Shown: piece by piece, positions 44,417-55,553 of the stretch | Numbering within the stretch: position 1 is the stretch's first letter | Layout: every line of letters starts with the position of its first letter | Assembly (NCBI GenBank): GCA_963708295.1 | Contig: CAVPSJ010000013.1 | Coordinates: 32,001 to 96,000, forward strand | DNA from: an uncultured delta proteobacterium | GTDB lineage: Bacteria > Desulfobacterota > BSN033 > UBA1163 | DNA length: 64,000 nt | Direction: 5' to 3' | Notes under the pieces: generated by a model | Databases searched by the model: none | Told to the model about the DNA's origin: nothing | Seen by the model: only the letters and a program-made list of their open reading frames with translations | Position numbers and translations under genes: made by a program

Positions 44417-45765
44417 GCAAGACGAGTGATACCATTTTCCTTGGAACGAAGACTAAATCGAAAGTGCGTGATAATAACAAAAAAGAGCATAAGAGAATTC
44501 TATTAGGGCATCTTGGCAGAAGAGGTGATTGTCTGTTTGCGACTGCCATTGCTCGGCAAATCAAGGAAGATTTTCCTGAATGCCATTTGACGTGGGCAAT
44601 CAGTTCGATGTGTCGTTCGGTGATTGAAGGAAATCCTTACGTTGACGGGATTTGGGAACTTCCATTAAGAACGAATGAGGAAATCGTCGGGGCCTGGAAT
44701 GGGTTCGAAAGTGATGCCATAAGAAAGAAAAGCCTGGGGGAATACGATGAAATTTACCTGACACAGGTTCATCCCGGTAATCTTCAAAATTACGACGGCA
44801 CGAGCAGATCCTCAATATTCCGTGGTTATTCAAAGCCAATCACGGTACCTGTTCAACCCATCGTGCGATTATCCGACCAGGAAGTAGAGAATGTTCGCCG
44901 GTTTGCTGATGACCATCAACTTGCTGATCAGGGGAAAGTTATTTTGTTCGAATGTGCTTCTTCGAGCGGTCAATCGTTTGTAACTCCTGATTTCGCCGTT
45001 AAGGTCGCGCAAAATGTGCTCAAGACTATGACGGACGTTTATTTTGTTCTATCGTCGGATATTCCAATTCAATGTGCTGATCGCCATATCATAGATGGAA
45101 GCGTATTGTCGTTTAAGGAAAATGCAGAATTAACAAAATATTGTTGTTTATTGGTAGGATGTTCAAGTGGCATATCGTGGCTTGCGACATCAGACTGGGC
45201 GAAGCCGTTACCTAAAATTCAGCTATTAAGCTCTGATACGGTTATGTATGCATCGATGATTTATGATGCCATGTATTTTGGATTGCCAACTGACCAGATA
45301 CTGGAAACGCAGGACTGCACACCTGATCTTGTTGCATCCTGTATCCAAACGGTATTTGACAATGGGTTTGCAGCGGCAAGGGAAAAGTATCATCGAGACG
45401 TCCCCCTTGATTTAGGGTTTTACTTTGGACAACTCTATTGGGAACTGTTACGGAAAAACGAATTGGGTAAAGCAATGGGGGCACTGTCGGTAACCAGGGA
45501 GAGATTTGGCAATCACCCACAATTGGCCTATTTTTTGGATAATCTTGTTTTCCCCTATGCTGAATTAGCCTGGGCAGATCTTTCAAAAGATGAACGTGAA
45601 CAGTTAGTTAATCTTTTTAGTTACAAGCGGCCTGAGGGTGTCATCCTTTTTGGAAAGAACATGATGAGCTTCTTTAAGCTCATTAAGGCGTTGTTTAGAA
45701 CGGATACTCATAACGTCAGTATAGGGCTGATGACAAATGTACTCACAAGGTGGTTTCATGCATAG
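44413..45765 (+). CDS. GT9-like glycosyltransferase with C-terminal extension
   Basis: HLGRRGDCLFATAIARQIK..HLTWAI..NPYVD, VGCSSGISWL. Confidence 0.65.
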   Translation: MSKTSDTIFLGTKTKSKVRDNNKKEHKRILLGHLGRRGDCLFATAIARQIKEDFPECHLTWAISSMCRSVIEGNPYVDGIWELPLRTNEEIVGAWNGFESDAIRKKSLGEYDEIYLTQVHPGNLQNYDGTSRSSIFRGYSKPITVPVQPIVRLSDQEVENVRRFADDHQLADQGKVILFECASSSGQSFVTPDFAVKVAQNVLKTMTDVYFVLSSDIPIQCADRHIIDGSVLSFKENAELTKYCCLLVGCSSGISWLATSDWAKPLPKIQLLSSDTVMYASMIYDAMYFGLPTDQILETQDCTPDLVASCIQTVFDNGFAAAREKYHRDVPLDLGFYFGQLYWELLRKNELGKAMGALSVTRERFGNHPQLAYFLDNLVFPYAELAWADLSKDEREQLVNLFSYKRPEGVILFGKNMMSFFKLIKALFRTDTHNVSIGLMTNVLTRWFHA

Positions 45766-47029
45766 TACCGCACTTTTTACCACGTCCTCTAATAATTATT
45801 TTGCTTTTGCCAAAACGATGTTGCGGTCTGTTAGAGATTTTCACGATGACATCGACCTGTATTTTCTTCTCGTAGACGAAACAGCCGATGAACAGATACT
45901 AGATCAAAAGGATTTGTTTCATCTATGCTTTGTTAGGGATATAGGGATAGGGGATTACAAAAAAATGGCGTTTGCCTATGATATTGTTGAATTTAATACG
46001 GCGGTAAAGCCTTTTTTTATCAATTATCTTTTTAGGCAGGGATACAAGAAAGTAATTTATCTAGATCCGGACATTCTCGTATGTGATCGCCTGGATGGGG
46101 CGCTGGATAAATTGGAGGACCACTCCATTGTCGTGACCCCCCATCAACTGTCGCCGGTCACCAATGTAGACCACTTTATTCCTTATCTACAATGGGAACA
46201 ATCCGCTCTTCTGACCGGGATATTCAACCTTGGCTTCATTGGTGTTGCGAATTCCGAAGAAGGCAGAGCGTTCGTGGACTGGTGGAGCAACCGGTGTAAA
46301 TATATGTGTTTTGTTGATCCGGGAGCAGGACTTTTTGTAGATCAGAAATGGGTCAATCTGGCAATGTGCTTTTATCCATCAACGTATATTTTGAGACACA
46401 AGGGCTACAATATGTGTGTATGGAACCTTCATGACCGGGTGCTGATTAAGGATCGAGTGAATGGAGCGGAGCCGCTCGTTTTTTATCATTTCAGCGCAAT
46501 CGATATGAATGATCCCGAGATCATTTCCAAGCATGATAAAACATTGAAATTGACGGATCGCCCCGATCTCATCGATTTAGTACGGTCCTATCGTGAAAAG
46601 CTTAAACACAACGGCTACGATCATTTCCATGGGCTACCCTATACGTATGATTATTTTAGCGATGGCCGAAGGATCGACTCGCTTGAAAGGCGATTGTATT
46701 CTGCTGTCTCGGATAATTATCCCGATCCGTTCAGTACTCCAAGTAATGAATTTTATGCAGAACTGAAGAAAGAAAAGACGGTCAGGAACGGTAGCGAATT
46801 GCGTGCGCAATCAGATTCTTATCGAACGGAATAGCAAAACTTGCCATCAAGGCTATTTTCAAGATTATTGGTGCCAGGCGGTATGCCAGAATCATTCAGT
46901 GGTTTAATGTGGCTGGAAGGTTGCGCAGTCATACATTTCTTTTCGATTAGGCGTATATTGCTTCGGCTGACCAGGCGAAGCAGCAGTGCACCTCTTAGGT
47001 TTGCGAGAAGGAATACCGGGGAGCAATGA
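45758..47029 (+). CDS. GT-A (GT8-like) glycosyltransferase, 3' end frameshifted
   Basis: [40 protein letters not shown]. Confidence 0.8.
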
Positions 47030-48010
47030 AGAAAGCATTGATAACAGGAGTTACCGGTCAGGACGGCGGCTATCTTTCGAGGGTCCTTTTGGAGAAGGGG
47101 TATAAGGTTTATGGCACGATAAGAGATTCCATCGCTCCTCACTCAAGAAATTTAATGATCCTCGGAATTGAGAAGAGCATCGAGTTGATCCCTGCGTGAC
47201 CTCCTGGATTTATCAAATGTGATCAGGCTTCTCGAGAGAATCAAACCCGACGAGATTTATAACTTGGCCTCTCAAAGCTCTGTAGGCCTTTCATTCGAAC
47301 AACCTATTGGAACGGTTGAATTCAACATCATGAGCACGATGAATTTGCTCGAGGCGATTAGGATCCTACCTATTAAAGCGAAGTTTTACCAGGCGTCTTC
47401 GAGCGAGATGTACGGGAAGGCGAACGAGTTACCTATCACAGAAAAAACAGCGCTGCACCCTGTCAGTCCTTACGCCGTCTCTAAGGCCGCGTCTCACTGG
47501 ATGACCGTCAACTATCGCGAAGCCTACGGCGTTTTTTGCTGTTGCGGAATTCTCTTCAACCATGAGTCTGTTCTGAGAGGAGAACAATTTGTCACCAAAA
47601 AGATCATCTCCACGGCAGTGAGGATAAGTAGAGGATCAAAAGAGAAGCTCAAGTTAGGCAATATAGAGATCAAGAGGGATTGGGGCTTTGCACCCGAATA
47701 CGTCAAGGCCATGTGGCTGATGTTGCAGCAAGATGAGCCGGATGACTATGTCATTGCTACAGGCGAAGCTCACAGTCTCCGGGAGTTCGTCGAACTCGCT
47801 TTCTCCTACGCGGGGTTGGACTGGAAGGAACATGTGGCCATCGATGAGGCCCTCTACAGGCCATCCGAAATTGATGTCATATACGGCAACCCCGCTAAGG
47901 CGAAAGCAAAAATCGGATGGGAATATAACCTTCCTTTTGAGAATTTGATCAAGTGGCTGGTCGAGGAGGAGTTGAAACACGGGGCAGAGGTTAATCCGGC
48001 TGAACGATGA
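47026..48010 (+). CDS. gmd: Second canonical GDP-mannose 4,6-dehydratase (5' frameshifts)
   Basis: [45 protein letters not shown]. Confidence 0.88.
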
Positions 48011-49169
48011 GAATAGCATTTGAGATAGCAGGGGGAGATACATGGCAGGCCGGCATTTCCTATTTTAAGACCTTTGTCCACGCCCTGAAACAGACTTATG
48101 GTGAAGACGTGGCCCTCTATTTCATGTTGCCAGGCACTGGTATACCCTGAAGACATAGGTGAGGCAGCAGGAAGTTCTCGAAATGGCCGACTATCGCAAA
48201 TGGACCGCCCTCTGGGTGGTAGAGCAGGCGATGAAATGTTTGTTCACTTGCGACCTGGGAAAAACTCGGGTCCTGAAACGTCACAAAATAGACGTTCTAT
48301 TTGGTTTTCTCCTCTTGGACCGATATGGGCGGATACCCATCTTATCTTGGATACCTGATTTTCAGCATATCCACCTGCCAGAGATGTTTAGCGCTTCGGA
48401 GCGACGCCAGCGAGATCGGATATTTCTCCGCACGACTAAGATATCTCGCCGAGTTATCTTGATGAGCCAATCCGTTAAGAAAGACTTCGAAACTTTTGCT
48501 CCCGCAGTATGCCGGCAAAGCAAGAGTGCTTCGAGCGTGTAAACGAGATTCCTGAATCAATCTATGAAGCTGATTCGAAGTCGGTCTTGAATCTTTACCA
48601 TTTGCCCGAGAAATTTGTCTACATTCCTAATCGGTTCTGGAAGCATAAGAACCATGAGATGGTCTTTCGGGCTCGTCAAGATCCTGAAAGAAAGTGGCGT
48701 GAAAGTCTTCGTTGTCTGCAGCGGTTATCCCGGGGATTATCGTCATCCCGGTTATTTCGCCGATTTGTTACGGAAGATGAGCCAGCTGGGGTATTCGAGA
48801 TCAGGTAGCGTTACTCGGGCATGATTCCTCGAGATCATGTATTCGCTGCTGATGCGACAGGCCATCTGTGTTTTGAACCCTTCTCTGTTTGAGGGGTTCG
48901 GCTTGACGGTGGACGAAGCACGATCTCTGGGAAAGCGGGCTCTTCTTTCGGATATTCCGGCCCATCGAGAGCAGGATCCACCGAAGGCGAACTATTTCGA
49001 TCCTTATAACTCCGAGGATCTTGCGGAAAAGTTAAGAATGATCTGGCGTGATGCTGAACCCGGTCCGGATATCGAACTCGAACTTGAAGCACGTCAGAGC
49101 CTTGTAGGAAGGATTCATGCGTGTGCTGAATCGTTCATGTCAGTTGTCAGCGAAGTTAGCAAAGGGTAA
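48007..49169 (+). CDS. GT4 glycosyltransferase, several frameshifts
   Basis: WIPDFQH.HLP, PNRFWKHKNH, PSLFEGFG, LSDIPAHREQ. Confidence 0.8.
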
Positions 49170-49199
49170 AAAGCGACGGGAAAATACGGTGAGTATTTA

Positions 49200-49672
49200 G
49201 GACAGTCGAACGACGTTGAACACTGGGGTGGTTCGCCGGGACGTTTATCATGCAGGAAGCAACGTTCTGGAGAAGATCCTCTGGGAACGGGCTGGAGGCT
49301 ACGTGGATAGTTCCCTAGGATTTGCAGGTGACTTTGAGCTATGGACGCGATTTTTCCAGCACGCGGACCTGTATGCAGTAGGGGTTCCGCGAGGGAGGTT
49401 CCGACGACACGGAAATCAGAAGACAGAAGAACTATTTGAAAGAGTATCTGGAAGAGGCAGAATATGTTTTTTTGCGTAGATGGCGGAGCGCCCCTACGGA
49501 AAGCCTGAAAGCCTAATGCGTCGAATTCTACATTACGGAATTGGAGATCGTCGCTTTGCATGGCACTCGCTCCCTTGGCTCTGTACTTACGCATTTGCAC
49601 AACCTTTATCCGGTTAAAGTCATCATTTGGACCGAGGGTAAATGGAAAGTCGCTAAGGACGATGTGGTGTGA
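49200..49672 (+). pseudogene. GT2 glycosyltransferase, C-terminal half only
   Basis: IMQEATFW, LWERAGG, FAGDFELW, FRRHGNQKT mirror the next gene (IQQESTVW, LAGDFYMW); no N-terminal domain. Confidence 0.7.
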
Positions 49673-49719
49673 CTTTCTCTAACATTCCTGTGTCTTTTAC
49701 CCATATGAGGAGATCCTGA

Positions 49720-50574
49720 GTGAGAATATCCGTAATCACACCATGTTTTAATTCTGAAATGTATATAGAAGAAACTATCGAAAGCGTTTTGAGTCAGCGT
49801 GGAAGTTTCGAAATCGAGTACATCATTGTCGATGGAGGATCCACGGACAGCACGATATCTATCATAAAGAAATACAAAGAATCGGTGGAATTTGGGAAAT
49901 TGCCCGTTAGATGTAATAAAATGAGTGTTATGTGTCTTTCGGAAAGTGACAATGGTATGTACGATGCTCTAACGAAGGGATTCAAATTAGCAACGGGAGA
50001 TATTGTTGCCTTTATCAACTCCGATGACGTTTACCTGCCGAATGCTTTTTCAATGTTAGTCGATATTTTCGAGAAGTATCCAGAAGTAGATTGGGTTACC
50101 GGGATGCAGATTGAGTATAATGAGATGGGCCAAATCGTAGAATGCATATTACCTTTTAAATATAATAGGAAACTCATTAGCAAAGGCCTGTACGGCTCAA
50201 TTCTACCGTTTATCCAACAGGAATCAACCGTATGGAGAAGAAAGCTGTTCAATGGACTGGATTTTGGCTTGCTTAAGGAATATAAATTGGCCGGTGACTT
50301 TTATATGTGGTGCATGTTTTCGAAACAGGCAGAACTATATATCGTCCAAGGTGGTTTAGGAGGATTTAGGAACCGTGTTGATCAAGCTTCAAAACAGAAG
50401 AATGAATATTACAAAGAATTTTACAGCATTGCCGAAAAAAGAAAATTGAGAGATGTCATTGTGGCCTTCCTGTACGTTGTACCGACTTTCTTTTTTCCGA
50501 ATGGATACAAAAGAAGATTGGACAGTAAAATCATCTATTCCGATCGGGGCCAATGGATAAAAAGGAGTGGCTAA
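49720..50574 (+). CDS. GT2 glycosyltransferase (WfgS-like)
   Basis: ISVITPCFN, VDGGSTD, ESDNGMYDAL, INSDD. Confidence 0.9.
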   Translation: MRISVITPCFNSEMYIEETIESVLSQRGSFEIEYIIVDGGSTDSTISIIKKYKESVEFGKLPVRCNKMSVMCLSESDNGMYDALTKGFKLATGDIVAFINSDDVYLPNAFSMLVDIFEKYPEVDWVTGMQIEYNEMGQIVECILPFKYNRKLISKGLYGSILPFIQQESTVWRRKLFNGLDFGLLKEYKLAGDFYMWCMFSKQAELYIVQGGLGGFRNRVDQASKQKNEYYKEFYSIAEKRKLRDVIVAFLYVVPTFFFPNGYKRRLDSKIIYSDRGQWIKRSG

Positions 50575-50638
50575 TTTGTAACCAAAACTATTTCGACAAA
50601 GGACTTAAGTAGAAGTGGTTTGGAAGAATAGGTAGATT

Positions 50639-51537
50639 ATGCTTACTCTTTTTTCTTGTCCGAAACGCTTTCAGGGGATAGTAGCTCTTATCCAGAGGAA
50701 TGCTATTCAAAGCTGGATAAATCTGGATCAAAATATAGAGATCATCCTTATGGGCGATGATGAAGGAATTCGGGAGGCGGCTTCTTTTTTTGGTGTGCGT
50801 CATATTCCGCAAGTGGCACGAAATGAATATGGAACCCCACTGTTGGACGACGTATTTTCAAAGGCGGAAACAGCTGCGAGCTATGATATCATGGGCTATA
50901 TCAACGCCGACATTATTTTGTTGTCTGACATCATCAAAGCAGTGGAGTTTGTTGAAAGAAAGAGAAAAGCTTTCTTAATGGTCGGCAGACGATGGAACAT
51001 TGACTTGGAACAGCAATTGGATTTTTCGGGGTCTGACTGGGAGGAACAGCTCCGTCTCATGTGCTCCGATCGGGAAACCCAACTCCGCCGGAGTGGATTG
51101 ATTACTTCGTATTTCCCCGGGGTTTCTATCGTGGTCTTCTTCCGTTTGCTTTAGGGAGGGCTGCCTTTGATAATTGGCTTCTCTGGAAAGCCCGTTCCCT
51201 GGGCGCTCCGATCATAGATGCTTCTGAAGTTGTTACGGTTATTCATCAGAATCACGATTACTCACATCACCCCCAAGGGAAGAAAGGCGTGTGGTTAGGA
51301 CTAGAAGCGGAGCGCAATCGTGAGCTGATGGGGGGAGGGCACCATTGCTTCACTTTGGCCGATGCCACCCATAGGCTGACGCCGGTCGGTTTGAAGCCAA
51401 ATCTAAGTGCTGAACGCATGATCCGGATAATATGGACGCGCGGAAAGGCTCGATTCTTGCATTGGGTGTTGGCGAAAACATTTCCGCTCTGGCGTCGATT
51501 GGGATTGTATAAATCGAGAAATGCTCTCGGGGAATGA
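50639..51537 (+). CDS. Putative GT-A glycosyltransferase, paralog A (frameshift ~51065)
   Basis: MLTLFSCPK, QRNAIQSW, YINADI, GRRW, IDYFVF, GRAAFDNW, HQNHDYSH. Confidence 0.7.
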
Positions 51538-51721
51538 TGCGAGGATCAGAAGAGGGGTTAATGAGTCACTTGTATTTCATGGTACAGAAGGATCGGTGTG
51601 TTCTTACCCTCCTCGCATTGCAAAACAGATGCGGAGGGAAAACCTGTGGGTTACACCCATTGAATCCATTAGAGGATGGCGACAGAATACGGTGAGTGTT
51701 TAGGACAGTTGGGGTCAATAG

Positions 51722-52632
51722 TTGAAAACTCCGGTAGCCTTCATTATTTTTAACCGGCCGGAGACAACGCAGCGCGTATTCGAGGAAATCCGGAAGGCCC
51801 GACCTCCTCTGCTTTTGTTGGTTGCCGATGGCCCACGGCCTGGCCATTCGAGTGATGTAGAGCAAGTGTGCACGAAACAAGGGCCATTGTCGATCAGGTA
51901 GACTGGGACTGTGAAATTCGGAAGAATTACTCAGACGTCAATCTCGGTTGAGGAAAGAGGGTGTCGAGCGGTCTCGACTGGGTTTTCAGCGAGGTGGAGG
52001 AAGCCATTATTCTCGAAGACGACTGCCTGCCCCATCCCACTTTTTTCCAATTCTGCGAGGAGTTGTTGGAAAAATATAGAGACAACGACCGGATCGGGCA
52101 TATCGGTGGAGTCGATTTCCAGTTTGGAAGAAAGAGGGGGCCTTACAGTTATTATTTTTCTCGATATACCCACATCTGGGGGTGGGCCTCCTGGCGGCGC
52201 GCCTGGAAGGGATATGACCCGAACCTGGCGTTATGGCCGAAACTTAAGAAAGAGAAGTGGCTGCGACACTTTCTGGGCCATCTCTCTCTCGTCGGCTATT
52301 GGACGAACATCTTTGATAGGGTCTATCAGCGCGGCATCGATACGTGGGATTATCAGTGGACGTTTCACTGTTGGACTCAGAACCGGTTAGCCATTATCCC
52401 TAATGTCAATTTGATATCAAACATAGGTTTTGATACGAATGCCACTCATACGATGGGCCAGAGTAAGTTTAACAGCATGGAGACAGAGGCTATGGAGTTT
52501 CCTCTATCCCATCCTCTGGTCATTATGCGAGATCCCGCAGCAGATGAGTACACGGAAAAACATCACTACTTTATCAGGTTTTCCGCGTATCAACTATTGC
52601 ATCGACTGATGAGATCCTTTCATGGAATGTAA
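51722..52632 (+). CDS. Nucleotide-diphospho-sugar transferase (HlpA-like), 5' frameshifts
   Basis: [50 protein letters not shown]. Confidence 0.82.
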
Positions 52633-53443
52633 GATCTGTTCGTCCAAGACATCGCTTTTCGGATCTGCGGTCTTGTTGAATAAACACAGGGTGCAGTACT
52701 TTCGGTGCGACGCGTGTGGATTCCTTCAGACGGAAGAACCTTACTGGTTTCAAGAGGCATATTGCGAGGTGATCGCACGTACCGATGTGGGCTTAGTTTC
52801 GAGAAACCTCGCCTTTTCACAGGTTACCCAGACCCTTATCTCTGTCTTCTTTGATTCGGACGGGAAGTTTCTGGATTACGGGGGAGGATATGGTCTACTC
52901 GTTCGAATGATGAGAGATCAGGGGTTTGATTTTTATTGGCATGACAAATGGTGCGACAACCTTTTCGCAAAGGCCTTTGAAGCCTCCGAGGCTGGCGCGG
53001 AGACCTTTGAATTACTCACCGCATTTGAAGTGTTCGAGCACCTGAGTGATCCCTTGGATGAGCTGACGGAGATGTTACGATTCTCGAAGAACATTCTCTT
53101 CAGTACGGAATTGCTTCCAGTGCATGCTCCGCCACTGGGGCAGTGGCCCTACTATTGCCTCGAACATGGGCAGCACGTTTCTTTTTACACGGTTTCTTCT
53201 CTATCGGCTCTGGCAAAGAGATTGGATGTCAATCTGTACTCGAACGGAAGGTCGCTTCATCTCTTTACGGAGAAGAAGCTCTCCTCACTTTTCTTCAGAC
53301 TCCTCGCGCTCTATCCGATGGCACGGTTTCTCAACTGCTTCCAGTGGAGGAAAAGCTTGCTCAAACGAGATTATGAGGAAGCGATTAAGTCGTTGACTGT
53401 GAGGTCCGATGCAGTGGAGGAGAGGGGCCACCAGCGAGTCTAA
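52622..53443 (+). CDS. Class I SAM-dependent methyltransferase with N-terminal Cys motifs
   Basis: CKIC, CDACG, LDYGGGYG, FEVFEHL, GQHVSFY. Confidence 0.88.
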   Translation: MECKICSSKTSLFGSAVLLNKHRVQYFRCDACGFLQTEEPYWFQEAYCEVIARTDVGLVSRNLAFSQVTQTLISVFFDSDGKFLDYGGGYGLLVRMMRDQGFDFYWHDKWCDNLFAKAFEASEAGAETFELLTAFEVFEHLSDPLDELTEMLRFSKNILFSTELLPVHAPPLGQWPYYCLEHGQHVSFYTVSSLSALAKRLDVNLYSNGRSLHLFTEKKLSSLFFRLLALYPMARFLNCFQWRKSLLKRDYEEAIKSLTVRSDAVEERGHQRV

Positions 53444-53463
53444 GGCCATCAGAGGGCGACGGC

Positions 53464-54576
53464 GTGAGAATCGTTTACAGTCATGATATCTTTTCGTTTC
53501 AGTCCTATGGCGGGATATCGAGATACTTCGTTGAAATTGCTAAACGGATCCCGACCAACGAGGCCCAGGTCCAGGTCTTTGCGGGACTTCACATTAACGA
53601 ATATTTGAAGGGGGTTCCGGGACTGATTGGTTTTAAGCTCCCTGCCCTTAAGAATAGAGGAGTGGCCGCGAGAATCATCAATGCCTCGATGTACATTGTG
53701 CGCAAGAGCATTAATAATTTGGTGCAGCGAGCCCTTATCAGGTCGGATCCTCAGACGATTTTGCATCTCAGTTACTACACTCGCCCACCTGCTAAAAGGA
53801 AGCTGAAACTCGTTGTGACTGTTTACGATATGATCCCGGAACTCTTTGGCCAATACTTCCCCCGTCATGATCGAACCACCCATCTCAAGAGGCTCTGCTG
53901 TGAGCAGGCCGACAAGATTATCGCAATTTCGAACTGTACCAAGAAAGATTTGACGGACTTGTTCGGCGTGACCGATGAAAAGATCGCCGTGATTCATCTC
54001 GGAAATCCTCTCGAAAAAGTTGTGCCGGGAGAATGGAAGGAGGCCATTCAGGCCCCCTACGTCTTCTACGTAGGAGCAAGAGGAGGCTATAAGAACTTCG
54101 ATCGTCTTCTCCAGACATTTGCTCAGTCATCGTTGCTCCGCAAAAATTTCGCCTTGATCTGTTTCGGAGATCGATTCAGTCGGGCTGAGCAGGAAAGGTT
54201 GAAAGACTTAGGACTTGACCATCGGGTCCATCAGATCAGCGGAAGCGATTCCCTTCTGGCGAGCTATTACAAACATGCACGGGCTTTTGTGTTCCCGTCG
54301 CTGTATGAAGGGTTTGGTATTCCCCTGCTTGAGGCCATGGGCTTGGGATGTCCTGTCCTCTGTTCAAACCGAGGGCCCTTCCCGGAGATCGTAGCAGATG
54401 CGGGAATCTATTTTGATCCGGATGATGTGAATCATATGCAGTATATTCTTGAAAAAAAGCTATTTGATGACGCCTTATTGGAAGAGATGGTCAAACGGGG
54501 CTTTCAAAGGTCATCCGCGTTCAGTTGGGATCGGACAGCTCGTCAGACCCTTGCACTCTATCAGTCATTGTTATAA
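53464..54576 (+). CDS. GT4 glycosyltransferase (MtfB/WbpY-like)
   Basis: YGGISRY, TVYDMIPE, RGGYKNF, PSLYEGFGIPLLEAM, FSW. Confidence 0.9.
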   Translation: MRIVYSHDIFSFQSYGGISRYFVEIAKRIPTNEAQVQVFAGLHINEYLKGVPGLIGFKLPALKNRGVAARIINASMYIVRKSINNLVQRALIRSDPQTILHLSYYTRPPAKRKLKLVVTVYDMIPELFGQYFPRHDRTTHLKRLCCEQADKIIAISNCTKKDLTDLFGVTDEKIAVIHLGNPLEKVVPGEWKEAIQAPYVFYVGARGGYKNFDRLLQTFAQSSLLRKNFALICFGDRFSRAEQERLKDLGLDHRVHQISGSDSLLASYYKHARAFVFPSLYEGFGIPLLEAMGLGCPVLCSNRGPFPEIVADAGIYFDPDDVNHMQYILEKKLFDDALLEEMVKRGFQRSSAFSWDRTARQTLALYQSLL

Positions 54577-54597
54577 GTTGAGAATAAGGAACGGTTG

Positions 54598-55491
54598 ATG
54601 CTCACCATCTTTTCTTGTCCGAAGCCTTTTCTGGGGCTCTTTAATATCATACAAAGGAATGCTGTCCAAAGTTGGCGAAGGCTTCGGCCAGAGGTAGAAG
54701 TTATTCTTATGGGTGACGACGAAGGCACGTCACAAGTGGCAAAGGAATTCGGCGTTCACCACATTTCCGATGTGGCACGGAATGCCTCCGGCACGCCATT
54801 GATTAGCTCACTCTTTGAGAAAGCCCAGGAAGAAGCGACGTGCGAAAGAATGTGTTATGTAAACGCGGATATTATATTGATGAGTGATTTCTTACAAGCA
54901 ATAAAACGAGTAGCTGCGGAGATGCCCCGATCTCTCATGGTGGGTCGAAGATGGAATTTGGATTTAAAGGAACCTGTAGATTTCAACGCGAATTGGGAAG
55001 AATGGCTTCTCACCCAAGTCGCACATCGGGGGAAACTTTATTACCATTTCGCAATCGATTACTTTGTGTTCCCTAAGGGAATGTTGGGTGAAATTCCTCC
55101 TTTCGCCGTAGGTCGTCCTGCTTGGGATAACTGGGTACTTTATCGGGCTTGCAGTGAGAATATTCCTGTTGTTGAATTGACCAGAGCGGTCACGGTGGTT
55201 CATCAGAGCCACGATTACTCTCATCATCCGAGTGGATGGGCCGGGGCAATGAAAGGGGAGGAGTCAAAACAGAATATTAAGCTTGCCGGTCAAGTTGGAC
55301 ATGCGTACAGTCTTCTGGATGCCCAGTATTGTCTCACGCAGAAGGGGGTGAAACTGAAAGCCACCCCCTTTTATTCGCCGTACTATTTTTATCAGCTCTT
55401 TGTGAGGTTTTCAGAGTCCCATCGGTTCTTGAAACCGTTGGTACAGTTTATCAAGATGATCGGAGACCGTTTCTCGTCCCGTCCCTGCTAA
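54598..55491 (+). CDS. Putative GT-A glycosyltransferase, paralog B
   Basis: MLTIFSCPK, QRNAVQSW, YVNADI, GRRW, IDYFVF, GRPAWDNW, HQSHDYSH. Confidence 0.72.
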   Translation: MLTIFSCPKPFLGLFNIIQRNAVQSWRRLRPEVEVILMGDDEGTSQVAKEFGVHHISDVARNASGTPLISSLFEKAQEEATCERMCYVNADIILMSDFLQAIKRVAAEMPRSLMVGRRWNLDLKEPVDFNANWEEWLLTQVAHRGKLYYHFAIDYFVFPKGMLGEIPPFAVGRPAWDNWVLYRACSENIPVVELTRAVTVVHQSHDYSHHPSGWAGAMKGEESKQNIKLAGQVGHAYSLLDAQYCLTQKGVKLKATPFYSPYYFYQLFVRFSESHRFLKPLVQFIKMIGDRFSSRPC

Positions 55492-55553
55492 TTTTCAGTG
55501 AGTGGCTTGATCGGTGGAAGTAACCGTGATAAAGATAGGCCAGGCCGACCCGT

